Assembly (NCBI GenBank): GCA_038087875.1
Contig: CM075995.1
Coordinates: 3,970,001-4,034,000 of the forward strand
Length of the DNA: 64,000 nucleotides
Source of the DNA: Malacoraja senta
Lineage: Eukaryota
Direction: 5' to 3'
Made by a program: the position numbers and the translations under genes. This document shows positions 24,165 to 36,660 of the stretch, one piece after another (the stretch's first letter is position 1; every line of letters starts with the position of its first letter). The notes under the pieces are model-generated. The model saw only the letters and a program-made list of their open reading frames with translations, was not told the origin of the DNA and did no database searches.

Positions 24165-24805
24165 CTGAGCTTATATACACTTGAATTTAGGATGAGAGAG
24201 GATCTTATAGAAACATATAAAATTCTTAAGGGATTGGGCAGGCTAGATGCAGGAAAAATGTTCCCCATGTTAGGGGAGTCCAGAACCAGGGGTCACAGTT
24301 TAAGAATAAGGGGTAGGCCATTTAGGACTGAGATGAGGAAAAACGTTTTCACCCAGAGATTTGTGAATCTGTGGAATTCTCTGCCATAGAAGGGATGGAG
24401 GGCAATTCACAGGATGTTTCAAGAGAAAGTTCGATTTAGCTCTTAGGGCTAACTGAATCAAAGGATATGGAGAAAAAACACGAACGGGGTACTGATTTTG
24501 GATAATCAGCCAAGATAATCAGCATCCCCCTTCCCATCAGAACTGCCCCCTCCATCGACTCCTTTAAGTCAAGACTAAAAACGTATCTATACTCCCAAGC
24601 CTTTCTTGACATCCTCTGAGCGAGGGCTTTATGTATATATGTATGTAGTTTGTTTGTTTATATTATTCTTATAACAAATGTAAAGCACTTTGGCCAACGA
24701 GAGTTGTTTTTTAAATGTGCTATATAAATAAATGTGACTTGACTTGACGATCATATTGAATGGCGGTGCAGGCTCGAAGGGCAGAATAGCCGACTCCTGC
24801 ATTTA
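24165..24805 (+). mobile_element. CR1 3' fragment interrupted by an L2 3' fragment (24525-24748)
   Basis: CR1 C-terminal ORF 24192-24389. The insert reads PIRTAPSIDSFKSRLKTYLYSQAF and ends GTAAAGCACTTTGG...GTGCTATATAAATAAA (GACTT)n. Confidence 0.75.
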
Positions 24806-25107
24806 TTTTCTATGTTGCATTATGATAAGGAGAGCAGAAACAGCATGAGCTGAAGTTTCTGGAATTCGGAAGGCCAACCTGGAACAGCTTTGCAATAGTT
24901 GAGCCGTGAAGACAGCAATTGTGGGTGCAGACCTGCAATGAGTTGGCAGCAATAACAAACACTGCATTATTTCCTGATTGGAATCCAATCAAACTGAATA
25001 AAGGACAGGCAAAGCAATGGTTTACAATCTGACCTGTAGCTAACATTTAACAAGGAGTTGCAAAGTCTGGCAAAATGGTTACAATTAGGCATTCCTCATG
25101 AACCATT

Positions 25108-25395
25108 AGAGTTGCTGCCTCGCAACGCCAGAGACCCGGGTTCGATCCTGGCCACGGCTGCTTGTCTCTAAGGCACTTGTACATTCTCGCCATGACCTGC
25201 GTAGGTTTTCTCCAGGAGCTTCGGTTTCCTCCCACACTCCAAAGACATGCAGGTTTGTAGGTTAATTGGCTTGGTATTATTATAAATTGTCTCTATTGTG
25301 TGCAGGATAGTGTAAGTGTGGGAAGATCGCTGGTCAGCCTGGACTCGGTGGGCCGAAGGGCCTGTTTCCTCGCTGTATCTCCAAACTAAACTAAA
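25108..25395 (+). mobile_element. V-SINE
   Basis: B-box, V-like body and CTAAA tail. Confidence 0.8.
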
Positions 25396-26099
25396 CGACG
25401 CCTGGCCAGGCCGACCCTGCAGCTCCAAGCCGGAGCCCCACCTGGACAACAGGCCTTTAAGGCCACATTAGGCTCTATGTGTTTAACAATTCCAAACCTG
25501 AAAGGTACAAGACAGCACCAGAAATATGACCACTATTGTGCACGGTCTCAGTGTAATCTACTTGCAGGGGGCAAATTCGACCAGCCGATCGGTTGCAGAC
25601 GTCCCAATGAGGACGAGATCGGCCGCCTCACCCAGCCTGGGCACCATATTTTCAGGGAGCCTTCCGTGGGGGATTTCAAGTGCGCTCTCGTCATTTTGTC
25701 CGATCATTAGTTGACGGAAAATCGGTAGTGGTATAGAGATATAATTGGGGGGTTTTCTTAGCTGATTTCATAGTTACTTCAAAATGTTCATTGCTATTGG
25801 TGTTACACCTTGTTGAGTGCTAGACTGAAAGGTTCATTATTGATTATTATTATATCAGGTCTGCATCACGAGAGGATAGTAACACTTTCTTCAGTTCCTG
25901 CATTTGTAACACATAGCTTTACCATGCACTCTTGACTGTTTTCACCAATTTACAGCTTTATTAAAATATTTAATAATTTGTTATTCTCATAGATTAGCAG
26001 CTTTTCCAATAAACACGGCAGTGTGTGGCCTCAGTATCAGTAGCTGTGCATTTGGTGTAAGCAAAATATTGCTGTTTTGCTAATCAGTGGACAGCATTG

Positions 26100-26284
26100 A
26101 GTTTTGGTGTGGATAGCAAGGCCAGTAACATGGGGACTAGTAGGGACAGAGGTTTAAAGTGCAAGAGAGTTTTGGTGTGGATAGCAAGGCCAGTAACATG
26201 GGGACTAGTAGGGACATAGGTCCACAGTACAAGAGACCTCTGGTGTGGACAGCAAGGTCAGTAACATGGGAACAAGTGGGGACA
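26100..26284. repeat. Minisatellite-like tandem repeat, ~68-bp period, 3 units
   Basis: TGGTGTGGATAGCAAGGCCAGTAACATGGG recurs near 26105, 26173 and (degenerate) 26241. Confidence 0.8.
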
Positions 26285-26479
26285 GTGGTCGACAGTACAA
26301 GAGATTGTGCAGTGCTGGAGCAGTCAGAGAGGCCATGGGGTTAGAGCCGGGTTTGTGAGCAGACTGAGAATGATCTGACCCACTAAGTGTGAAATTTAGT
26401 GCATGCATTTTAAACTAATTATTAATTATCAATTATTAATGAATGTTTTGGTTTGAAGATTATAAACCTAAATCAAAAT

Positions 26480-27065
26480 GTTGTCTTCCTTGTGTCAATT
26501 CCTGGACGTGCACATCTCAGAAGATCTTTCCTGCACCCAGCACACTGATGCAATTATAAAGAAATCCCATCAACGCCTCTACTTCCTGAGAAGATTGTAG
26601 AGATTTGCTGTGTCAGAGAGGCCTTTTTTGAAACTCTACAGGTGTACATTAGAGAGCACATTGACTGGTTGCACCACGGCCTGGTTCGGCAACTTGAACG
26701 CCCAGGAGTGAAGAAGACTGCAAAAAGTGACAAACGTTGCCCAGTCCATCACGGGTTCTGACCTCATCACCATCAAAGGGAATTACAGGAGTCGCTGCCT
26801 CAAAAAGGCAACCAGCATTCATCAGAGACTCACACCACCCTGGCCACACATTCATTTCACTCCCGCCATCAGAAAGAAGGTATGGGAGCCTGAAAACTGT
26901 AACGTCCAGGTTTAGGAGCAGCTTCTTCCCTACAACCATCAGACTATTAAATAATACAACCTCCAAATATGCTCTGAACTACATAGACAAGGGGGCAGTT
27001 TGATTTTGTCTTTTTGCACTATTATTGTTTATTTGTTTGTTTTACATGTGTGTATATATGTAAGT
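26480..27065 (+). pseudogene. Rex1/Babar-like LINE RT C-terminal fragment
   Basis: QRLYFLRRL, TAWFGN, HPGHTFISLPPSERRYGSLKTVTSRFRSSFFPTTIRLLN. The 3' UTR resumes near 28030 and 28305-28408 after further insertions. Confidence 0.75.
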
Positions 27066-27066
27066 A

Positions 27067-28009
27067 TGTGGGACCCGTTGGGCCCCAGCATCACATGGGA
27101 GGGCTGGTCCCCCAACGCAATATTCCACCTCTCCAACAATTCCAATATTGGTGGCCAGTGGGGAGGAGGGGGCTTTCTGGAGTGCTAGTATGGATGTTGT
27201 GGGCTGAAGGGACTGGTTTCCAGAGGGCTAGTATGGACATTGTGGGCCAAATGGATTATTGAGCTTGCGGCTCAGTCACTCAAGCCTGTTGTGCTGGCAG
27301 CTCACTCACTCATGGCTGGTGGGCTGGCAGTTGACACGGCTATTCCTTGAAATTCCATTTCAAGCAGGGTACAAGGCCACCCAATTCAAGTGCAGTTTCT
27401 TAACACTTCAAGCAGGGTGCAAGGCCACCAAATTCAAGTGCAGTTTCATACCATTTCAAGCAGGGTGCAAGGCCACTAAAGACAGCAAGTCGTGACCTCT
27501 CCCTCCTCCATCTTGCAGAAACGGAGCCACTTCTGGGTTTTATTATCCCTCCTCCCCTCCCACCAGAAGGGGCGTGGCCTTCATGGCGTGATTGACAGGA
27601 GAGAGAATCTCAACATTTTTTAAACGCTAATAACTCGGCACCTGATGGGCGGAGGGGGACTGAGTAAGATGGCCAAAAATCACAGCCGTACGTGGTAGCG
27701 CTTTTTCTAAAATCAATATAAAGCGCAAACAGGAAGTGGTCAAGATTAGACTTTTAATTATATAGGCAAGGCAACTTTAATAAGGCAAGGAAACTTTAAT
27801 TAGGCAAGGCAACTTTAGCATTTCCAAACCAAAGGCAACACAGCTTTAGCATTTCCAAACCAAAGGCAACACAGCTTTAGCATTTCCAAACTATATTTTC
27901 AAACCACATTAAGGGCACTGACAGGTCAGTAAAACCACTCACAGTTTAGTAGACATGTGTTCAGTGTTATTCACAGCTCAGACTGAGAGACATGACCCAC
28001 AGGCCCACA
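27067..28009. repeat. Unclassified inserted repeat with internal tandem subrepeats
   Basis: Interrupts the Rex1-like 3' UTR. Weak inverted ends (TGTGGGACCCGTTGGG / GACCCACAGGCCCACA). Internal tandem units at 27355-27476 and 27765-27890. Confidence 0.4.
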
Positions 28010-29195
28010 GTGCTTTCATTCATCTTTTTATATATCCAGGTACACACTCACACACACACACACATACACATATGTATATATATTGAACTTTTTTTCTCGT
28101 TTACATAGAAACAGAAAATAGGTTCAGAAGGAGGCCATTTGGCCCTTTGAGCCTGCACCACCATTCATTGTGATCATGGCTGATTATCCACAATCAGTAC
28201 CCAGTGCTTGCCTTCTCCCCATATCCCTTGATTCCGCTAGCCCCCAGAGCTCTTTTAAATTCATCCAGTGAATTGGCTTCTACCGCCTTCTGTGGCAATG
28301 AATTGTTTACAGTGTACAATGTTTACATATTCTATTGTGCTGCTGCAAGTAAGAATGTCATTGTTCTATCTGAGACATATGACAATAAAACACGCTTGAC
28401 CCTTGACGAGTTCATACGTTTATAAGTTCTAGGAATAGAATTGGGTCATTCGGCCCATCAGTCTATGCTGCCATTCAATCATGGCTGATCTATCTTTCAC
28501 TCTCAACCCCATTCTCTTGCCTTCGCCCCATAATCCCTGACATCTATACGAATCAATGATCTGTCAAACTCCACCTTAAATATATCCATTGACGGCCTCC
28601 GCAGCCTTCTGTGGCAAAGAATTCTGCAGATTCACCACCCCTTGACTGAAGAAATTACTCCTCACCTCCTTTCTAAAGGTATTCCAGTTTCAGTTTCAGT
28701 TTCTGTTTAGTTTATTATCACAAGTACAGAGGTACAGTGAGAAGCGTTATATTCTGTGGCTATGGCCTCCGGTCCTAGACTCTTCCACTAGTGGAAATAT
28801 CCTCTCCACATTCACTCTATCCAGGCCTCGTAGTTGCAAATCAGCGTTGCAGTTTAGAGTTAGTGAGCAGACTGTGTTAAAGTTCTAAAAGCACAAAGGG
28901 ATATAGAGACAGGATTTTGTGGTGCATTGTAATCTTGCACTTAACATTTCTGGAAAGCACTCTACACAAATAATGCCAAAAATGATATCACCATCACTGA
29001 GCATTTGCAGTGTTAACTTTTCCCATCCCAAACATCAGGCGTTCCACTTTGTTTTTTGACACTTCCATCACATTAATACTTTGTACATGTTTGAGATACC
29101 TGTGCAAGCTGTTTCACACTGCCTTTTTTTAAAAATCAGTTTAGTTTCACTCAATGTTTTTTAACCTCTGCAAAACTTTCTTTGAATTTTGCAGT

Positions 29196-29517
29196 TTAGG
29201 TTAGTTTAGTTTAGAGATGCAGCGAGGAAACAGGCCCTTCGGCCTGCTCCGAGCCCGCACCGATCAGCGATCACCGCACACTAACGCTATCTTACACACT
29301 GGGGACAATTTTACATTTACACAATTTTACAAAGCCAATTAACCTACAAACCTGTACTTCTTTGGAGTGTGGGAGGAAACCGAAGATCTTGGAGAAAACC
29401 CACGCAGGTCACGGGGAGAACGTACAGACTCTGTACAGACAGCACCCGTAGTCAGGATCGAACCCGGGTCTCCGGCGCTGTAAGGCAGTAGTTCTACTGC
29501 TAAGCCACAGTGACCGC
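29196..29517 (-). mobile_element. V-SINE
   Basis: Complete tail, body and head. Confidence 0.82.
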
Positions 29518-29705
29518 GAAGAGAAAGCAGTTGTCATTCGTTAGATTTAATGTGGGTCACAAAACCTTTTCTAGGATATAGAAAAGCATTTTCGTTGTCG
29601 TCGAATGTCTGATCCTCACCTAGTGCATTTTTGTGGGTCTATGCGAGCAAGCCAAGCACCAGTATAGCACTTCAATCGATCAATTAAAAAAATGCTCATT
29701 GGTAC

Positions 29706-30477
29706 ATAATAATAATAATAATAATAAGTATTTATATAGCACATTTTCCAATTGATTTGAATCAAAAGCCAAAGTGCTTTACAGTTACTAACCATACAAA
29801 TAATAAAAAGAGATAGAAAAAATGACAACACACTATAAGAGATTTTACACAAACACGAACATCCCCCCACAGTAGAATCTCCACTCTCCACTGTGAGGGA
29901 AGGCACCAAAATGTCCAGTCCTCCTCCTCCTCCTAGTCCACCCGAGGTCGGGGCCAGTTTGAGGCTACTGCAGCCAGTCGCCGCAACGGCAGCCCGATGT
30001 TGTTTGCCCACCCGCATCGGGTGGAAAAGTCCTCAGCAGCTTGGAAATGTCTGGAGCGGCCACTCCTTCCCCAGAGACTGCGACGCCCGTGGATTTCAGG
30101 CCGCGCCGGTTGGAGCTTCGACTCCGCGGTGTCGCCCTCAAACCGCAGACCGCAGACTGCGGCTGCCCGATGTTGGTGGTCGGCGGCCACAGCACTCCGG
30201 AGCGGCGACCCGGCAAGGCATTGCCCGCTCCCTGCTGATGTCCCAGCGCTGTGCTGCCGAAGCTGTGGTCCCCGGCAGGAAACGCCGTTCCAGCCCGATG
30301 GAAGGCCGCATGGGGAGACCGGAGACGCGATTTGGAGGAAAACCGCATCTCTGACCAGGTAGGACTGGGGTTAAAACAGTTCCCCCCCCCCCCCCACATA
30401 GAAAGAATAGACTCCAAAAATAAATGTTCAGACAATAAAAGAGTTAGAGGACGGACTGCAGGCAGGCGGCCATACAT
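29706..30477 (-). mobile_element. GC-rich non-coding retroposon, copy B (L2-type tail)
   Basis: Body homologous to 7330-8193 (CCTACCTGGTC.GAGATGCGG; CTCCGGAGTGCTGTG; TGCGGTCTGCGG). Tail is GTAAAGCACTTTGG...GTGCTATATAAATAC(TTA)n. Confidence 0.72.
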
Positions 30478-31938
30478 GCATTGAGTTTAACAAAAAGACA
30501 TAGAACATAGAACACTACAGCACAGGAACAGGCCCTTCAGCCCACAATCTCTGTGCTGAACATGATGCCAACATCATCACTTATCTACCTGCATATAACC
30601 CATATCCCTCCATTCCATAGATTAGTTTAGTTTAGTTTAGTTTAGAGATACAGCATTGAAACATGCCCTTCAACCCACTCATTCCATGCCAACCATTCAC
30701 AATAGTTCTCTGTTATCCCACTTTTGCATCCACTCACTACACATTAGAGACAATTTACAGAGGCCAATGATGCTCGCACATCTTTGGGTTGTTGACGGAA
30801 ACCGGAACATCCAGACAAAACCCACATGGTCACAGGGAGAGAATGCAAAATCCATACAGAAGCACCTGAGATTAGGATCGAACCTGTGTCTCTGACGCTG
30901 TGAGGCAGCAGCTCTACTTGCAGCGCCGCTCTGTTCAGTTCACACACGGAAATATTAATCTAAAATAATTAATTCATTATAAAATCTTGTCTCCGTGCCC
31001 TTATCTTCAAGCTGCACAAAAATGAAGAAAAAGGCGATTGCCAAAAGGAGATGCAAGAAAACAAAAACATAAGTTTGTGTAATTTTTTAAAGCTCCAACA
31101 ATAAATGTGCATTGAAAGACTGGATTTCAACATTGATGAAGTTGTTAGACATGCTTTGTAACATTCACATACAAATGAATGCACCAGCCCTAACTGGAAG
31201 AGCACAACTAGTTTGTAATTGCTGGGAAATTGTTCATATACATATCTTTATATGTATTTAAATGTTAGGTGCAGCAATATGGTGCTGTTGAGTCTCATGT
31301 TATGGTGAGTGGAGCTAATTGTATTGCAGCTTTCAGATTACTATGTTTTATCCGCAAATATGTGGACTCCTGAACATTCCTACCCTGTCTACTCCACCAT
31401 AATGGTGAATGCTGATAACCTAATCAATATGAAAGGGCACAAATAGCTCAGTGGGTCAGGCAGCATCTCAGGAGAACATGGATAGGTGGTGTTTTGGGTT
31501 GCACCATTCTTGAGTCTCCATGTTCTCCAGTGATGCTGCCTGACCTGCTGAGTTACTCCAGCACTTTGTGTCCTTTTCATAAGTTCACACGTTATAGAAT
31601 TAGGCCATTCGACGCATCGAGTCTACTCCGCCTTCAATCATGGCTGATCTCTGCCTCCTAATCCCATTTTCCTCCCCATAACTCTTGACACCCATTCTAA
31701 TCAATAATTCCTCTATTTCTGCCTTAAAATATCCACTGACGGCCTCCACAGCCCTCTGTGGCAGTAAGTTCCATAATAACCAACCAATTTAAACACTTTT
31801 GAGGAAACTAGAATACCTCAGAGGGAATACAGGACCAGAGGTCAGGATTGAACCCAGGTCACTAGAGCTATCAGGCTGCCAGGCAGTTGCTCTACCACTG
31901 TGCCAAATGCAAGAAGGTGGGACTTAGTATAGTTGGGA

Positions 31939-32756
31939 CATAGATACATAGATACATAGAAAATAGGTGCAGGAGTAGGCCATTCGGCCCTTCGAGCCTG
32001 CACCGCCATTCAATATGATCATGGCTGATCATCCAACTCAGTATCCCGTACCTGCCTTCTCTCCATACCCCCTGATCCCTTTAGCCACAAGGGCCACATT
32101 TAACTCCCTCTTAAATATAGCCAATGAACTGGCCTCAACTACCCTCTGTGGCAGAGAGTTCCAGAGATTCACCACTCTCTGTGTGAAAAACTTTTTCCTC
32201 ATCTCGGTCTTAAAGGATTTCCCCCTTATCCTTAAGCTGTGACCCCTTGTCCTGGACTTCCCCAACATCGGGAACAATCTTCCTGCATCTAGCCTGTCCA
32301 ACCCCATAAGAATTTTGTACGTTTCTATAAGATCCCCTCTCAATCTCCTAAATTCTAGCGAGTATAAGCCAAGTCTATCCAGTCTTTCTTCATATGAAAG
32401 TCCTGACATCCCAGGAATCAGTCTGGTGAACCTTCTCTGCACTCCCTCCATGGCTATAATGTCCTTCCTCAGATTTGGAGACCAAAACTGTACGCAATAC
32501 TCCAGATGTGGTCTCACCAAGACCCTGTACAACTGCAGTAGAACCTCCCTGCTCCTATACTCAAATCCTCTTGCTATGAAAGGCAACATACCATTCGCTT
32601 TCTTCACTGCCTGCTGCACCTGCATGCCTACTTTCAATGACTGGTGTACCATGACACCCAGGTCTCGCTGCATCTCCCCATTTCCTAATCGGCCACCATT
32701 TAGATAATAGTCTGCCTTCCCGTTTTTGCCACCAAAGTGGATAACCTCACATTTAT
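31939..32756 (-). pseudogene. CR1 LINE 3' ~820 bp with open ORF2 C-terminus
   Basis: NKCEVIHFGGKN...LVRPHLEYCVQFWSP...VVNLWNSLP in ORF 32038-32850, followed by a (CTATGTAT)n tail. Confidence 0.9.
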
Positions 32757-32858
32757 TGTTGGCCGGTGCAAATGCAAGAAGGTGGGACTTAGTATAGATG
32801 GGAAATGTTGGCCGTTGTGGGCATGTTGGTCCAAAGGGTCCAGTTTCCACACTGTAAG

Positions 32859-33903
32859 TAGGTATGTTACAAAACCTACCTTCAGCGGCGCTGCAGTTCT
32901 GCCACTGGCCGTGTGCGCGACTTTGGCGCCTTTGAAGGGGGGTGGGGCGAGATTAAAATGCCGTTTTCTCCTGCCTGTCCAAGATATATTTTCTCGGGCT
33001 TCTACCTAATGCTGAAAATTTGTTCCGAGTGCCGTTCTCGGAATTTTTTTTTTTAAACCGCGGGACAATTTCAGCGCTGGAGTAAAATAAAAAGCTACTT
33101 CTAATGCCATCAACGCAGGCAACGGAATGGACCTCACGTACGGGACAAAACATAAGGTAAGTCGTTTATTTTACATATAAACGTGCTTCTTAGGATTATT
33201 TTAATCAAAATTTCATCAGCGAAAATGTGATTATGTAAATATACGAACAGGCAGTGTTTTTCCTGCCGATATGGGGTTTAAATTCACTGCAACCGCAACG
33301 TTCCAATCGATCGCGTTCCACAAAAACCCACTCGCAAGATGATTAAAATGGCCATTAATTTACGGGAATTAAACACTAAATTCCTTCCATTTGGCCTATA
33401 AATTCATGACAATGAGATTTAAAAATCATATTATATTGTGAATTCTTGTGTGAATGTTATTTGGACACTTAGCCTATTTAAAAATGTTAACCTTTTCTTA
33501 AGAAATGGATAGATGTTTAGATCTAGTAATTGAATTTTGTAATTAGCTACAATTAAGTAACTAACTAATTATATGCTTTAATTTCAGGTCATCCAAGTAA
33601 GATTGTTTCATAGTTGTTTCAGAATGCTTCAATCAATAATAACTGAAAATTTCATTCAGTTCTCTTAATTTTTAAGAAAGTTATGGGCTTTTGACTGTCC
33701 TCGATCACAGCTTTTGAGTTAAGTCAATGGAAAAGCAATAGGGAACAAGATGCTAATTTCAGAGTATGAAAATGGCCATAACTTTTTTAATACTGAAGAT
33801 ATGAAAATGAATTAGGTGTCAAATTAAACTTCTTTTTATGCTTTATCTGATGGGATAAACTGCAGACTTGATTTTTAAAATCTCAAATCTTGTAACATTG
33901 CTA
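32859..33903. mobile_element. Non-autonomous DNA transposon (TAG...CTA ends, possibly hAT-related), copy 1
   Basis: Imperfect TIR TAGGTATGTTACAA / TTGTAACATTGCTA. CTGTAAG is repeated at 32852-32858 and 33904-33910. Second copy at 37606-42247. Confidence 0.78.
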
Positions 33904-34688
33904 CTGTAAGTCTCTGTGACTCTATGACACTAATTACAATCATGTCAAACAAAGCACCGTTGGCTCAATTAACCCAACCCCATATCCTCCGACATTGATG
34001 AATGAAACCATAGATAGCAGCGAAGATGATGAGAATATAATTATTTATTTTTATAACTTCCGACATGATATTCAGAATGCTATTTTTTTCCAAAGCATTT
34101 ATTTATCAAGAAATGAGAACATCTTTGGCTGTCAAGGATACTCAACAGTAGCTTGGTGAAAGCAGTGTGTTCATTGATGTTGCTGTTCATATTCTGATTC
34201 TTCCATTGAAATATGTTTCAATATAGATAGTGAAAGAATAAGCAAGCATCATCGTGTTAAAACATTTCTAAAGCTAAGATGAGTAGGTAGAATAAATGTA
34301 ACAGCAACAACAGATTGCAGTTATATAACATCATTAATGCAGTTAAAATATCCAAAGGGACTTACAAAATTCAATCCAAAATCACATGGTGAGTAATTGG
34401 AAGCAGGAATCAAGGGCTTGGTTAAAGGGGAGCGTTATGCCTGTCTGCATCTGCTCCTTCAATGTGCTTCTTTAAAACATTAAGGAACACCTTAAGGGAG
34501 GAGATGCAGAGAAGCTTGATCATTTAAGGAGGGAATATAAGACCAAAAGTCTTAGGCAAAAGAAGTCTTGATGGAAGTTAAAAATTGTGAGCAAATAGAA
34601 ATGGAGATGTGAGAGATGTAAGATTTCAGAATCATTCAGACAGAGCAAAGAGTGAAGCCTTCCTGGAATTTGTAAACAAGTAAAAATT

Positions 34689-34995
34689 GGGCCGGCACTG
34701 TGGCACAGCGTTAGAGTGGCTGCCTTACAGCGCCAAAGATCCAGGTTCGATCTTGACTACGGGTGCTGTCTGTACAGAGTTTGTACGTTCTCCCCGTGAC
34801 CACGTGGGTTTTTTGAGTGCTCTGGTTTCCTTCCACACTCCAAAGACGTACAGGTTTGTCGGTTGAATTGACTTTGGTAAGTTGTAAAATTGTCCCTAGT
34901 GTGCAGAATAGTGTCAGTGTACTTGGTGTTCGTCAGTCGGTGCGGAATGGGTGGGCCGAAGGGCCTATTTCCGCGCTGTATCTCTAAAGCCTAAA
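34689..34995 (+). mobile_element. V-SINE
   Basis: Head, body and tail present. Confidence 0.82.
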
Positions 34996-35426
34996 GAACA
35001 AGAATTAGTTAAATTGATCAAATATAAGTGATAGGCAGATATAACGCATGTTATTGTCATTCACAATATCCCAACAAAGTTATGCAGTAAACAGGATGTG
35101 CCCAGCAACAACCCACAAGTAAGTAAATGAAATAAATGACAGGGTAATGTTTTGGGACATTGAGGGAAAACATGTTTGCCATGGCATTAGGAAAAATACC
35201 ATTATCTTAGATGAACTATACTAAAACAAGAAAAGTACCACAACTTAACGTGACATCCGTGGAGATGTAGCATTCCCTCGGTACTGCATTGAAACATCGA
35301 TCCCTATTATATATGTTCAAATCTAGAATGTGGCCTTCACTCGCATACTGGATGCAGTACTAACTGTGCAATTTTTATTTTACACAGAGAGTAGTGAGGG
35401 CCTAATATCTATTTCCAGGGGTGGTG

Positions 35427-35745
35427 ATTTAGTTTAGTTTAGAGATACAGAGCAGAAACAGGCCCTTCGGCCCACCGAGTCTGCATCGACCAGCGATCCC
35501 CGCACATTAACACTATCCTACGCACACTAGGGACTATTTACACCTACACCGAGCCAATTAACCTACAAGCCTGTACGTCTTTGGAGTGTGGGAGGAAACC
35601 GAAGATCTCGGAGAAAACCCACGCGGTCACGGGTAGAACGTCCAAACTCCGTACAGACAGCAGCCGTACTCGGGATCGAACCAAGGTATCCGGCTCTGCA
35701 AGTGCTGTAAGGCAGCAACTCTACCGCTGGGCCACCGTGCCGCCC
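35427..35745 (-). mobile_element. V-SINE, full length
   Basis: Starts GGGCGGCACGGTGG on the minus strand and ends (CTAAA)n. Confidence 0.85.
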
Positions 35746-36440
35746 TAAATGGGTGGATCTACCTACAGGCAGATGATATTAGGTTAACAGTACAGTTCCT
35801 GTACTGTACTGTTCTAACTTCTATGTTCTATGTTATAATAGAACTCAGAGAGATTAATGAACTAACTTGGAATATAGTAATTATTGATGGAGAGTGTTCA
35901 GAGCTTTAAGTAGAAGTTATAGATAGGATTTAGCCATAGACAGAGAAACAAGAGAAAAGCCAGAAAGCCTTGATGCTAAATATATGCATTCATCTTTGAC
36001 CACTTTGTCAGAAAAGGAGTTTAAAATATTTACATTATTCTACAAAATGCTGCTGGGCCAGTTAAAAATAGCAAAACTGAGATTTTTTATAGGGCATAGG
36101 GATTGAGAGAGACAGAGCCACAGCCAAATTGTGATGAAGTCCAGGCATCATCTAACCTTGAGTCTTGAGTTCTTGAGTCTGAAGAAGGGTTCCGACCCGA
36201 AACATCACTCATCCTCTTTCGCCGGAGATGCTGCCTGACCCACTGAGTTACTCCAACACGTTGTGTCTATCCTGTTGCTATCTTTCCAACACACATTCCA
36301 GAAAACTTCTGAAAGGTCAGAAAAAAGACACAAAGTGCTCGAGAAACTCAGCAGGTCAGCCGGCATCTCTGGAGAGCCCAGAGGATAGGTGACGTTTCGG
36401 GTTGTGATACTTCTTCAGACTTCTTCGGGGGGGGAGGAGG

Positions 36441-36456
36441 AGGGAGAGGTAGAGGG

Positions 36457-36488
<32 letters not shown>

Positions 36489-36660
36489 AGGGAGAGGGAG
36501 AGGGAGAGGGAGAGGGAGAGGGAGAGGAGAGGGAGAGGGAGAGGGAGAGGGAGAGGGAGAGGGAGAGGAGAGGGAGAGGGAGAGGGAGAGGGAGAGGGAG
36601 AGGGAGAGGAGAGGGAGAGGGAGAGGGAGAGGGAGAGGGAGAGGGAGAGGGAGAGGGAGA
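36441..36660. repeat. (GGAGAG)n / (GA)n polypurine microsatellite
   Basis: Direct inspection. It adjoins a Penelope terminal fragment (36325-36420). Confidence 0.95.

Noticed and set aside
26100..26284. CRISPR-like repeat-spacer array
   Set aside because: Three degenerate tandem units, related spacers, no cas genes and a vertebrate context.
31904..32803. 35-bp target-site duplication around the CR1 insertion
   Set aside because: TGTTGGCCG follows both copies, so this is better explained by a pre-existing ~49-bp tandem duplication into which the LINE inserted.
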